NCBI GenBank assembly: GCA_003543035.1
Contig: DPJL01000107.1
Span: forward strand, 4,470 to 68,469
Source: Micromonosporaceae bacterium
GTDB lineage: Bacteria > Actinomycetota > Actinomycetes > Mycobacteriales > Micromonosporaceae
DNA length: 64,000 bases
Direction of reading: 5' to 3'
A program made the translations under genes and the position numbers. Shown one piece after another: positions 40,573-50,727 of this stretch; the stretch's first letter is position 1; every line of letters starts with the position of its first letter. Below the pieces are notes generated by a model, which had not been told where the DNA came from, ran no database searches, and saw nothing but the letters and a program-made list of their open reading frames with translations.

Positions 40573-41528
40573 GCAAAACAGCGCTATCCATCCCCCCAGC
40601 CGTCGTGGCGGGCGGTCGTTTACCGGCGCACAAAAGGCAACGCCGGCTAAGCGACGCCCGCTACGCGGCGCTCCTCGTGGCACCGGCGGCGATCGTGTTG
40701 CTGGCGCTGGTTGGCTGGCCACTGGTCAAACTTGTGGCAGACAGCCTTTACACGGGATCCACGCTCGGAGACGGGCGGCGCTTCGCGGGTTTGAGTAACT
40801 ACACCGAGGCGCTCACCAACCCGGCGATCCGGGCCGCCGCCTGGCGGACTCTGCTTTACACGTTGCTGGTGGTATCCGCTGAGCTCGTGCTGGGGCTGGC
40901 GATGGCGCTGTTGTTTCACAGACTCGGTACGAGATCGCGGATCCTGCAAACACTGTTTCTCTATCCGTTGATGATCGCCCCGGTGGTAGCGGGATTGCTC
41001 TGGCGATTCCTGATGATCGATAACTTCGGCATCGTCAACGAGCTGTTGTTCCGGGCTGGCGTTCTGGCCAGCCCGGGCGACATCTCCTGGCTCAGCGACC
41101 CGGACATCGTCCTGTTCTCCGTGGCCATTCCCGACGTCTGGCTGACGACCTCGTTCATGGCGCTCGTGCTATACGCCGGCCTGCAATCGATCCCGCCGGA
41201 GCTCTACGAGGCGGCCCGCATCGACGGTGCGCGTGGGCGGCATCTGCTCCTCAACGTCACCCTGCCGTTGCTGCGCCCAGTGATTGCGGTGGCGCTCATC
41301 ATCCGCGGCGTGGATGCGGCGCGTGCCTTCGATCTGATCCTCATCCAGACCGAGGGCGGGCCCCAGTCGGCTTCGGAGACGTTGAGCCTGACCATCTACC
41401 GGACCATGGTCGGCTTCAACGACCCCGGCTCGGCCGCCGCGATCAGCACCATCTTCATGATCGTCATGATGGTCGTCGCCATGGTCGCGGTGTTCACGAT
41501 CTGGCGGCCGGAAGGCAGGGCGTCATGA
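40569..41528 (+). CDS. Carbohydrate ABC permease
   Basis: GTGA overlap; 'ELYEAARIDGA'. Confidence 0.9.
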   Translation: MSKTALSIPPAVVAGGRLPAHKRQRRLSDARYAALLVAPAAIVLLALVGWPLVKLVADSLYTGSTLGDGRRFAGLSNYTEALTNPAIRAAAWRTLLYTLLVVSAELVLGLAMALLFHRLGTRSRILQTLFLYPLMIAPVVAGLLWRFLMIDNFGIVNELLFRAGVLASPGDISWLSDPDIVLFSVAIPDVWLTTSFMALVLYAGLQSIPPELYEAARIDGARGRHLLLNVTLPLLRPVIAVALIIRGVDAARAFDLILIQTEGGPQSASETLSLTIYRTMVGFNDPGSAAAISTIFMIVMMVVAMVAVFTIWRPEGRAS

Positions 41529-42349
41529 ACCGTCGTGGACGTCAGAGGGGCCTGTGGGCGCTGGCGATACTGGTTGTCGCCGCCTACGCCTTCCCGTTCC
41601 TCTACCTGCTGCTGACTTCGCTTAAACCGCCCGTTGACGCGATCGCTGTGCCGCCCACCGTCCTGCCCAGACAGTTCAGCCTCGACAACTACGCAAATGT
41701 CCTGCAGCGCAACGGAATCATCGCCTCGTTCATCAACAGCACCACGACGGCGGTGCTGACCGCTGTCTTCGCGCTGTCTCTGGCGATTCCGGCGGCGTGG
41801 GGGATTACCCGGTACCGGACCCGAGCCGGCCGGGCCGTCCTAGCCGGATCCTTGTTGGTGCGCATGACTCCGGCCGTGGCCCTGGGCGTGCCGCTGATCA
41901 GCATCATGGGCAGCCTCCGGTTGTCCGACACGCCGGTTGGCTTGGCCTTGGCGCAGACCACGATCGCCCTTCCGCTGTCGATCTGGTTGCTGGCCAGCTT
42001 CTTCGAAGCGGTCCCCGCCGAGATCGAGGAGGCGGCGCTGGTCGATGGCTGCTCGCGGCCGCGGGCACTGGTGAGCATCATCCTGCCGGTGATAACCGGC
42101 GGTGTCGCGGTAACGGCTATCTTCGCCTTTCTCGCCTCATGGAACGAATTCCTCTTCGCATTGCTCCTCACCTCCGTCGAGTCTCAGACCACCCCGATCG
42201 CCATTGCCAACTTGCAGAGCCAGTTCGGGCTCGACTGGGGCCCGATGACCGCTCTGGCGGTGCTCTACTCCCTGCCCGTGGTCGTTCTCACCATGCTGCT
42301 GCAACGCCGGATCGTGGCCGGGCTCAGCCTCGGCGCGGTCAAGGGATGA
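41525..42349 (+). CDS. Carbohydrate ABC permease
   Basis: 'EIEEAALVDGCS', WNEFLF, GAVKG end. Confidence 0.92.
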   Translation: MNRRGRQRGLWALAILVVAAYAFPFLYLLLTSLKPPVDAIAVPPTVLPRQFSLDNYANVLQRNGIIASFINSTTTAVLTAVFALSLAIPAAWGITRYRTRAGRAVLAGSLLVRMTPAVALGVPLISIMGSLRLSDTPVGLALAQTTIALPLSIWLLASFFEAVPAEIEEAALVDGCSRPRALVSIILPVITGGVAVTAIFAFLASWNEFLFALLLTSVESQTTPIAIANLQSQFGLDWGPMTALAVLYSLPVVVLTMLLQRRIVAGLSLGAVKG

Positions 42350-42381
42350 CACACCTAAAGTCAAATTTCGAAAGGACCGTA

Positions 42382-43503
42382 ATGAGTTTCTGGCAACCCA
42401 CCAGCCCACTGGCCGGCCTGTCTCGGATCAAGGCCGCCCGGTCGCGACGGGAGTCCAGTTGGGACAGAACCGGCGGCAACCGCGACTTCGCCGTGGTCGC
42501 GCCGGGCGAAACCCACGTCCTGGCCGACCTGAGCGGTGCCGGCGTGATCGAGCACATCTGGCTGACGACCCGCTGCTATTCGCCCATGTACCTTCGCAAG
42601 CTGGTCATCGAGATGTTCTGGGACGGGTCGCCGACGCCAAGCGTGCGGGCGCCGCTCGGGGACTTTTTCGGGGTGGGCCACGCGATCAGCGCCCACTTCG
42701 TCTCGCTTCCGCTGAGCATGGTCACCGGCCCTCGGCGCGGTCCCAAGGGCCCGTTCGCGGCGGCAATGAACTGTTACTTCCCGATGCCGTTCGCCTCCGG
42801 GGCACGCATCCAGATCCGCAATGAAGCCGACATGCCGATCGAGAATCTCTTCTACTACATAGACTATGACTTGACCGACGAGGCTACGCCCTCCGACGTC
42901 GGCCGGTTTCACGCCCAGTACAGGCAGGAGCGGCCGTGCCAGAAGGTCGAGCAGGTAGACGACATCGCCAACCCGGCGCCCTGGGACCTGCCCGGCATCA
43001 ATCTGACCGGCGAAGACAACTACCTGATCCTCGATGCCGAGGGCACCGGGCACTACGCGGGCTGTCTGCTGAACATCGACAACTTCGACGCCTCGAACCA
43101 GACCTACAGCTGGCCGGGAGAAGGCGACGACATGATCTTCATTGATGGCGAGCAGTGGCCGCCCTCGCTGCATGGCACCGGCACCGAGGACTACTTCGGC
43201 GCCGCTTGGGGCTTCCCGAGCGGGGCGTATGCGGGCCCGTACCACGGCATCTCGCTGGCGAGCAGCGCACAGGAGCACTTCGGCAAATGGAGCCTGTACC
43301 GCTTCCACATCGAAGATCCGATCCGGTTCAGCTCGTCCATCAAGGTGACCATCGAACACGGTCACGCCAACGACCAGGGCAACGACTACTCCAGCGTCGC
43401 CTACTGGTACCAGCACCTGCCCGGCAAGCCTTTCCCCGATCTGCCGCCGGTGCAGGAGCGACTGCCGCGGCGCTGGCCCGAGCACGGCCTGTGGGACGAG
43501 TGA
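42382..43503 (+). CDS. GH172 (DUF2961) alpha-fructofuranosidase / difructose dianhydride synthase-hydrolase family
   Basis: 'SSWDRTGGNRD', 'HIWLT', 'APLGDFFG', 'NCYFPMPF', 'GEGDDMI', 'GTGTEDYF', 'IEHGHAND'. Confidence 0.88.
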   Translation: MSFWQPTSPLAGLSRIKAARSRRESSWDRTGGNRDFAVVAPGETHVLADLSGAGVIEHIWLTTRCYSPMYLRKLVIEMFWDGSPTPSVRAPLGDFFGVGHAISAHFVSLPLSMVTGPRRGPKGPFAAAMNCYFPMPFASGARIQIRNEADMPIENLFYYIDYDLTDEATPSDVGRFHAQYRQERPCQKVEQVDDIANPAPWDLPGINLTGEDNYLILDAEGTGHYAGCLLNIDNFDASNQTYSWPGEGDDMIFIDGEQWPPSLHGTGTEDYFGAAWGFPSGAYAGPYHGISLASSAQEHFGKWSLYRFHIEDPIRFSSSIKVTIEHGHANDQGNDYSSVAYWYQHLPGKPFPDLPPVQERLPRRWPEHGLWDE

Positions 43504-43546
43504 GTCCACACTGAAATCTCTCGGCTCGGGTGAGGATGGTCAAGCA

Positions 43547-44587
43547 ATGTCACGAGGTGTGAACATCAGGGACGTCGCGGTAGCGGCGGGTGTCTCCGTC
43601 ACGACGGTGTCGCATGTGCTCAATCAGGTCGCGGGCACGCGCGTCAGCGAAGACACCAAAAGCCGCGTCGAGCAAGCCGCGCAACGCCTCGGCTATGCGC
43701 CCAACAGTCTGGCGCGTGGCCTGCGCATGCAGCGGTCACAAACCCTGGGTCTGCTCAGTGACCAGATCGCCACGACGCCGTTCGCCGGGCGCATCATTCT
43801 GGGCGCCCAGGAGGCCGCCTCCGCTCACGGCTGGCTGCTGATGCTGCTGACCACCGGCAACGACTCCGACGTCGAGCAACGAGAGATCCGAGCCTTGGCC
43901 CAGCACCAGGTCGACGGCGTGCTCTACGCGACCATGTACCACCGCGTGGTGCAGGTGCCTGCCGAGCTACGGCCGATGCCGGTCGTGCTCCTAGACGCGA
44001 GCAGCGCCGACTTGGCGATCCCATCAGTGGTACCCGACGAAAAGAGTGGAGCCCAAGCGGCCGTCGGCGAGTTGGTGGAGCACGGACATCGACGAATCGC
44101 TTTTTTGACCAATGTCGATGACATCCCCGCAACCCATGGACGTTTAGCCGGGTACCAGGCAACACTGGCCAAAGCCGGAATCGGCTTCGATCCCAAGCTG
44201 GTCATAGCTGAAACGTCAGACACCCCTGGCGGATACCGCGCCGCCCGGGAGCTGCTCGGCAGAAAAGCCCCGCCAACAGCGCTTTTCTGCTTCAACGATC
44301 GCATGGCCATGGGCGCCTACCGCGCAGTCGGTGAGCTCGGCCTGCGTATCCCAACCGACGTGTCCATCGTCGGCTTCGACAATCAAGAACTCATCGCCGA
44401 AGGTCTTCATCCCGGGCTCACCACCGTCGCATTGCCGCATTACGAAATGGGTAAGTGGGCGGTCGAGACCATGATGGGCATGCTCAAGACGCCGGGCCAA
44501 ACCCGGCGTCGCCGTAAGGCGGAGCAAATGGTGATGGCCTGCCCTCTTATCCGCCGTGATTCGGTCGCAGCCGCGCCGAAGCGCTAG
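43547..44587 (+). CDS. LacI-family transcriptional regulator
   Basis: 'IRDVAVAAGVSVTTVSHVLN'; clear paralogue of 21929..22969. Confidence 0.93.
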   Translation: MSRGVNIRDVAVAAGVSVTTVSHVLNQVAGTRVSEDTKSRVEQAAQRLGYAPNSLARGLRMQRSQTLGLLSDQIATTPFAGRIILGAQEAASAHGWLLMLLTTGNDSDVEQREIRALAQHQVDGVLYATMYHRVVQVPAELRPMPVVLLDASSADLAIPSVVPDEKSGAQAAVGELVEHGHRRIAFLTNVDDIPATHGRLAGYQATLAKAGIGFDPKLVIAETSDTPGGYRAARELLGRKAPPTALFCFNDRMAMGAYRAVGELGLRIPTDVSIVGFDNQELIAEGLHPGLTTVALPHYEMGKWAVETMMGMLKTPGQTRRRRKAEQMVMACPLIRRDSVAAAPKR

Positions 44588-44634
44588 CAAATCGACGCCG
44601 CCCCTGGGCGGCCCACCCACTTTGAGGATCAGCC

Positions 44635-45600
44635 GTGCTTCGACTATCTGACGCTTGGATCTGGGACTTCTGGTTCGCCCAGGACGATGACGACATCTAC
44701 CACCTCTTCTTCCTGCGGGCTTCGCGGGCCCTGGGCGACCCGGACCGAAGGCACATGCGCGCCAGCGTCGGCCACGCTGTCTCCACCGACCTTCGCCAAT
44801 GGGTACAGGTCGCCGACGCGCTCGTCGTCGCTGACCGGCCCGCCTTCGACGACATCGCCACCTGGACCGGGTCGGCCGTCCGGGCCCCCGGCGGTTCATG
44901 GCACATGTTCTACACCGGTGCCAGCAGCGCCGAACATGGCCTGGTGCAACGCATCGGCCTGGCCACCTCCGACGACCTGATGACCTGGCATCGCCATCCC
45001 GGGCCGGTTGTCGAAGCCGATCCGCGCTGGTACGAGCTGCTCGGCGACTCGACCTGGCCAGACCAAGCCTGGCGCGATCCGTGGGTGTTCGCCGATCCAA
45101 GCGGCAATGGATGGCGCATGCTCGTGACCGCCCGCGCCAACCACGGCCCAGTCGACGATCGTGGCGTCATCGGCTACGCCCACTCCACAGACCTTCTACA
45201 TTGGACGGTCGGACCTCCGCTGACCCCACCAGGAGCCGGATTCGGGCACCTGGAGGTTCCGCAGGTCGAAGTCGTCAACGGCCAGCCCTTGCTGATCTTC
45301 TCCTGCCTGCCTCGCGAGCTGGCCAACCGCCGCACCGATGTCCACAGTGGAGTTTGGGCGGTCACCACCTCCTCGCTGCTCGGCCCGTTCGATCCGACCG
45401 CCGCCCGGCCCGTCACGGATCAGGCCCTTTACAGCGGCCGGATCATCCGCGATCCCGACGGCCAATGGGTCATGCTCGCGTTCCACAACTATGACGCCAA
45501 CGGCCAATTCATCGGTGAGCTAAGCGATCCCATGCCGATCACGGTCACCGCCGAAGGCGCGGTCGAATTGGAGCGTTCCCCGCAGACAATCTCAAACTGA
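44635..45600 (+). CDS. Cytoplasmic clan GH-J (GH32/GH68-like) beta-fructofuranosidase
   Basis: WIWDFW, WTGS, WRDP, LEVPQ; no signal peptide. Confidence 0.82.
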   Translation: MLRLSDAWIWDFWFAQDDDDIYHLFFLRASRALGDPDRRHMRASVGHAVSTDLRQWVQVADALVVADRPAFDDIATWTGSAVRAPGGSWHMFYTGASSAEHGLVQRIGLATSDDLMTWHRHPGPVVEADPRWYELLGDSTWPDQAWRDPWVFADPSGNGWRMLVTARANHGPVDDRGVIGYAHSTDLLHWTVGPPLTPPGAGFGHLEVPQVEVVNGQPLLIFSCLPRELANRRTDVHSGVWAVTTSSLLGPFDPTAARPVTDQALYSGRIIRDPDGQWVMLAFHNYDANGQFIGELSDPMPITVTAEGAVELERSPQTISN

Positions 45601-45697
45601 CCACCCGGTGGCCATGTCCGTTCAGCCCCTGCGGTACTTCTCCCACCACGTGACCGCGACTCCCGAGTGATTGCCTGCGGAAGGGTGGCCAGGTTCT

Positions 45698-46627
45698 CTA
45701 CGCGGCCACCACCCGCACCGGCGGAAACAAGGTGGTGAGGTGATAGCGCAGGTCGTCGAAGGTCGGCGGTACTGGGAGCGCACCACCGATCCAGTCGGCA
45801 AACGTGACCGCCGGCGGTGCGTCCCAGCACCCGCCGGGCCGGCGCAGGCATAACAGCGGCGTATCCAGGACCCGTCGCGCCCAGGCCGCGATCGGATCAG
45901 CGCAGGATTCCGGTGGGAGGGTCCGAAGCGGGTCGACGCCGTACCAGGTGCGCATGCGATGCGACGCCCAGCCGGTGTCACGACCGGCGTGTCTGGGTGA
46001 GTTGGCGAAAAGCGCGATCAGCACCGGGCCGAGCACGTGCAGTGCATCCCACCGGGCGACCGCTCGATCGGCGGCTCCGATGTCCAAGCTGATCTGTAAT
46101 CCGGCGGTCCCGCACATCATGGCCCGGTCATCGGGGCCGATCCGGTCGAAGGCCCGCTCCATTGCCTGATACCGCTCGCCCCCGATCAGGCGAGATGTAG
46201 GACGATGTGGGTCGCAGCCATGGCTACCCAGCTCAAGCCGGGCCGACTCAAGCAGCTGCTCTAGCCGGGCAGTGTCGGCGGCCGTGTTGTCGATGAGCTG
46301 AGCCAATGAGGCAAAGGGAGGTGTGGAGATCTCTACCTGCCCACCGGGCTCGACGGTGATCACGACGCCGCAAGGGAGAGGCTGATGCGGGCTGTCTGGC
46401 ACGAGGGTGGGCGGTGCGTGCGGGCCGAGGGATGCGGCAAGAGCGCCGATTTCGAGCGGGCGCAACGGGTCTGCGAGGTGATGCACGGTCCACTCAAGCT
46501 CCACCCCGACGCGCGTGGGAGGCCCGGTCTTGAAACACACCTTGGCGATGTAGCCCTGGGCTACCTCCCGGTTGGCGACCACCGACCCGGCATCGCCTTC
46601 AGCCTCAACAACCACATCCATCTCCAT
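45698..46627 (-). pseudogene. egtA: Ergothioneine-pathway glutamate-cysteine ligase, 3'-truncated
   Basis: 'VCFKTGPP..VGVELEW', 'EPGGQVEIS', 'HLTTLFPPVR' then a stop before the conserved PRG.LE.R segment; no egtBCD. Confidence 0.75.
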
Positions 46628-47025
46628 CCTCGCCGCTACGCCGAAAGCTAACCCTTGGGTACGACATCGGGCCTATCCCAGCCTTGCCGCGGCCCGGCGC
46701 AGGCGTCCGTGACCGCGCTTACAGTGCGATCACCGAGGGCCTTAGCGCGTCCAGGATTAAACGCTGGGACCTGGCGACATGATCACCGCGGCTCGACCCA
46801 GCCCTGAGGCCTTTGGGTGACGCGCCACTGCTCAGGTCGGTACCGATCCCGAGCGATTTATCCGGCAACGCATCTGATCGAGGCAGATGTGGCGCAGGCA
46901 CTCATGGGCGCCCGGCGCCTGTGGGTAGGGCTTTTCCCGTCCGGCCGCCGTCCACCCCCCGCATTGGCACGCCTCTGACCTCAGCCTGATCCGGTCCGCG
47001 TCCCAGCGCGCACGGCCCTTGGTGT

Positions 47026-47730
47026 TCAGTCGCCGGCCTGGTCGCGGACGCCGTCAGGATCCAGCAGGGTGATCCGGCCGCGGCCGAGTTTGATCAGGCC
47101 GCTGTCGGCGAACTCGCCCAGGACCTTGGTGGCGGTCTCGCGCGATGTGCCCACGAGGGCGGCGATCTGTTCGTGGGTGAGCGCTACGACCGGCACCGGG
47201 CTGCCAATGCCGAAGCTGCGCTGCACATCGGCGACGGCGGCGAGGGTCCCGGCAATGCGCTGCGGCACCGACTTGAACACCGTGTCGGACAGCCGCCGTT
47301 CCATCTCCCGCAGCCGTTGGCCCAGGATTTCGGTGATCCGCATGGAGATCCGCGGGTCGGACAGCAAATATTTGTGAACGTCGGCACGCGACATCACACA
47401 TACGACGGCTTCATCGAGGGCTTCGGCGTAGTTGTCGTGCATGCTCTGTCCAAGCAGGACCATCTCCCCGAAGATCGTGCCAGGAGTGATGATCGCTGTC
47501 GTCAGGGCTCTGCCATCGGCGGAGATGCGGAAGATACGGATACGGCCGCGTTTGAGGATGAACAGGGTCTCGGTCGGCTTGTGCGGGGAGTAGACCACGG
47601 CACCGGCGGGATAGGTTTTCATCGGCGCTGCGGCGGCGATGGCGTCCATTTCCGCATCGGACAGGTCGCAGAAGATGTCCACTTCGGCCATGCACCAGGT
47701 CTTGTCCTGGTGGGCCGCGGCTCGCTGCAT
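47026..47730 (-). CDS. Crp/Fnr-family transcriptional regulator
   Basis: cNMP-binding 'GTIFGEM'; HTH 'LTHEQIAALVGTSRETATK'; N-terminal cysteines. Confidence 0.9.
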   Translation of the reverse strand: MQRAAAHQDKTWCMAEVDIFCDLSDAEMDAIAAAAPMKTYPAGAVVYSPHKPTETLFILKRGRIRIFRISADGRALTTAIITPGTIFGEMVLLGQSMHDNYAEALDEAVVCVMSRADVHKYLLSDPRISMRITEILGQRLREMERRLSDTVFKSVPQRIAGTLAAVADVQRSFGIGSPVPVVALTHEQIAALVGTSRETATKVLGEFADSGLIKLGRGRITLLDPDGVRDQAGD

Positions 47731-47933
47731 CTGTGCTGTCTCCTCCCGGCGGCCGGGCGCCCAGGGCGGCGGCCGGTCACCCCAGGGTTGCTTGTCCAAT
47801 GCCTGAACGCCTTCGACTACACAGTACGCCGGCTCCGCCGCGCAGGAGTCGTTGTCGGGTTGGGACACGGGCGTGCCCTGTCCAGCGGCGTCTCCGCTGG
47901 ACAGGGCGAGTGGCTTGCGTTCGATCACTGTCT

Positions 47934-48389
47934 TTAGCTCCGCTGAAGGCGCGGGCGCACCACCGCGTAGACGACGCCCAGCAGCAGGCCGTAGAGCAAA
48001 TGGCCCATCAGGCTCTGCCATGCCGTCGTGGTCAACTTGAAGATCATGTCGTTCATGCCCAGCCACGCCGGCATGATCAGCAGCGCGCCGAGCACCCACC
48101 AGATCACCCCGTACACCAGGCCTATACCGATCGCCGGGACGAGCTTGTTCGCCCACCGTCCGAAGACGACCGCGAAAATGGCCCCGAACAGGGCCGAGTT
48201 GAACAGGTGCACCAGCCACCCAACAGCGATGGACTTGCTGTTCACCAGCATCGCCACCATGCCAATCATGTCCATCATCTGCATGAGGATGCCGAACATG
48301 ATGCCGCCGACGAGCCCGCCGGCCACACCGGCGATGATGCGGCTCGACAGCGTCGCGGTGGCTCCGTGTGTGGTGCTTGCCGTAGTCAT
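47934..48389 (-). CDS. Four-TM Met/His-containing membrane protein
   Basis: RBS AGGAGG; 'GWLVHLFNSALFG', 'SLMGHLLYGLLLG'. Confidence 0.75.
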   Translation of the reverse strand: MTTASTTHGATATLSSRIIAGVAGGLVGGIMFGILMQMMDMIGMVAMLVNSKSIAVGWLVHLFNSALFGAIFAVVFGRWANKLVPAIGIGLVYGVIWWVLGALLIMPAWLGMNDMIFKLTTTAWQSLMGHLLYGLLLGVVYAVVRPRLQRS

Positions 48390-48451
48390 AAGTGCCTCCT
48401 GAAGGTTTGCGATCTTCACCGTGAAGGTAGGCCGCTGGCCGGGGGCAGTTC

Positions 48452-48467
48452 GGTGAGCTGGCACACA
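48452..48467. promoter_or_regulatory. Putative Crp-family box
   Basis: TGTGT-GCCAGC-TCACC on the minus strand, upstream of the membrane protein gene. Confidence 0.55.
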
Positions 48468-48477
48468 CAACGGGCGC

Positions 48478-49851
48478 TTATTTGCGGGCGGGCCGGGCGG
48501 TGCGCCCGCCCATGGTCATGAAGAACTGGGCCGCGGTCAGCTGGATGCCGTACGACCAGGTGGGATAGGCGTGGGTGACGGCGGCGAGCCGTCCGGTGAA
48601 CATGCCGGTGGCCATGGCCAGGACTGGTTCATGGATCATCTCCCCGGCGCGGGCAGCGACGATGGTGGCGCCGAGAATCCGCCCACCACCGAGGTTGCCC
48701 AGGACCGGCCGGCGCCCGGCGATGAGTTTGATGAACCCATCGGTTTCGCCTGCGGTCAGTGCCCGGTCCATCTCTTGCATCGGCAGGTACCCGATTCTGC
48801 CGCCCCACAACACTGCAGCTGCTTCGGTCAAACCGACGTGGGCGACCTCCGGATCGGTGAAGGTGACCCACGGCGTGGCATGCGTGCGGTAGCGCCGCCT
48901 GCGCCAGGGCCGAGCGGTCAGGGCGTTGCCGGCGGCGATGCGCCCCATCTCGAATGCGGCATGGGTGAAGGGCATCCTGCCTGTGACATCACCGGCGGCA
49001 TAGACACCCGCGGCAGAGGTGGCCAGGTGTTCGTCGGTGATCACCTGGCCGCGATCGTCTACGCGCACGCCCGCCGCGTCGAGGTCAAGGCCGCCGGTGA
49101 CCGGCCGCCGCCCGACAGCAACCAGCAGTTTCCCGACCTTGACGATCGTTCCATCGGCCAGGCTCAGACCGGCACCCGGCGCCAGGGCAGTCACGCTTTC
49201 GACCCGGGCATCGGTGCGTACGTCGATGCCCTCACGCCCGAACACGGCGGTGATCACCTCGGAGGCTTCCGGCTCCTCCTGCGGCAGCAGGCGATCCGCA
49301 CCTTCAACGATCGTGACCCGGCTGCCCAGGCGGGCAAACGCCTGGGCCAGCTCGCAGCCGATCGCCCCACCCCCAAGCACCGCAAGGCTTTCCGGCAACT
49401 CAGGTTGATCGAAGACTGACTCGTTAGTCAGATAGGACACCGAGCCCAGGCCTGGAATCGGCGGCACCATCGGCTGCGCGCCGGTGGCGAGCACCACCCG
49501 GCGTGACGCCAGCCTCCGTCCGTCGGCCTCAATCCTCCCGTGACCTGTGAACCGCGCCCGGCCCGACATGACGTCGACGCCTTCGCGTTTAAGCGCTGCC
49601 GCGTCCTCGGTCGCCGCGATCTGTGCGATCACGTCGCGAATCCGCTGTGCCGCAACAGAGTACGGCAGCCCACGGTTGGCCGACTCGATCAGCGTTTTGG
49701 ACGGCACGCAGCCGTGAAAGGTGCAGTCACCGCCGGGCTGGCCGTCGGTGATAAGCAGCGTCCGCGCGCCCAGGCGAGTGCCTTGCCGGGCCGCGCCCAG
49801 CCCGGCGGCACCGCCGCCGATGACGATCAGGTCATAGTCCACAGTGGTCAT
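48478..49851 (-). CDS. Pyridine nucleotide-disulfide oxidoreductase (MerA/lipoamide dehydrogenase-like, no C-terminal CC)
   Basis: GGGAAG, GGDCTFHGCVPSK, GGGAIG.E, HAYPTWS. Confidence 0.88.
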   Translation of the reverse strand: MTTVDYDLIVIGGGAAGLGAARQGTRLGARTLLITDGQPGGDCTFHGCVPSKTLIESANRGLPYSVAAQRIRDVIAQIAATEDAAALKREGVDVMSGRARFTGHGRIEADGRRLASRRVVLATGAQPMVPPIPGLGSVSYLTNESVFDQPELPESLAVLGGGAIGCELAQAFARLGSRVTIVEGADRLLPQEEPEASEVITAVFGREGIDVRTDARVESVTALAPGAGLSLADGTIVKVGKLLVAVGRRPVTGGLDLDAAGVRVDDRGQVITDEHLATSAAGVYAAGDVTGRMPFTHAAFEMGRIAAGNALTARPWRRRRYRTHATPWVTFTDPEVAHVGLTEAAAVLWGGRIGYLPMQEMDRALTAGETDGFIKLIAGRRPVLGNLGGGRILGATIVAARAGEMIHEPVLAMATGMFTGRLAAVTHAYPTWSYGIQLTAAQFFMTMGGRTARPARK

Positions 49852-49926
49852 CCTCTGCAGCAGCAGGTAGTCAGCGGCGGCAACCCACAGCCGGATCGCG
49901 GCCAACCCCAACGACGGCAACCACCG

Positions 49927-50727
49927 TCATTGGGGTTGCTTCGCCACCAACAGGCCGTAGCCGAGAACTCCAGCTGCGACGGCGGTACGGGCGGCGCTCA
50001 GCATTGCCGGGGCCCGGCCAAAGTCCACACCGAGAGCCTCGGCCCGGCCGCGGGCGGTGATGCGCACCAGCGACAGTCTTGCCTCGATTTGGTCGATCAT
50101 GCGGGTCATGGCATGGTCGTGGCGTTCGGTGTGGGTCACCACCAGCCCGGCAGCCGACAGGATGGCCCCGTACTCCGCTAGCGGGCGGGCGTCGGCGATG
50201 CAGGCGACCCAGGCGGCCAGACCGGTCAGCTCGGCCGGCAGGCGAGCAGGTTCGGCGGTGACGTCGGTGATGCCGACTCTGCCGCCTGGACGCAGCACGC
50301 GGGCCAGCTCAGCCGCCGCGGCGGGTTTGCCGGGGAAGGTGCAGAAGGCGCACTCACAGACGATGGCGTCGAAGCTGCTGTCTGGGTACGGCAGTTGTTC
50401 GGCGTCGGCGACGGTGAAGGCGGCCCGGCCGGCCAGACCGGCGGCGTCGGCCGCGCCTTTTGCCAGCGCCACATTGGCGGTGGACAGGTCGACTCCATGG
50501 ATCCTGGCGCCGTAGCGGTCGGCCAGCATCAATGCGGTCGTGCCGCGGCCAGATGCCACGTCGAGCACCGTGTGGTCTCCCGCCAGACTTAGCAGGTCGG
50601 CTAGGTGCCGGGTCAGGGCCAGACCGCCCGGGTGGTAAGACTCGCCGAGCAGCATCGTCACCAGATCGGAGCCGTAGGTTGCCGCGCAGCAGGCCTTAAC
50701 ATGTTGCGCCTGCTCTAATCCGGTCAT
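49927..50727 (-). CDS. Class I SAM-dependent methyltransferase with N-terminal CC
   Basis: 'VKACCAATY', HPGG, VLDVASGRG, CECAFC, VLRPGG. Confidence 0.88.
   Translation of the reverse strand: MTGLEQAQHVKACCAATYGSDLVTMLLGESYHPGGLALTRHLADLLSLAGDHTVLDVASGRGTTALMLADRYGARIHGVDLSTANVALAKGAADAAGLAGRAAFTVADAEQLPYPDSSFDAIVCECAFCTFPGKPAAAAELARVLRPGGRVGITDVTAEPARLPAELTGLAAWVACIADARPLAEYGAILSAAGLVVTHTERHDHAMTRMIDQIEARLSLVRITARGRAEALGVDFGRAPAMLSAARTAVAAGVLGYGLLVAKQPQ

Noticed and set aside
47731..48468. Apparent 480-aa Crp fusion
   Set aside because: The extension overlaps the membrane-protein gene in another frame and has shadow-like composition.
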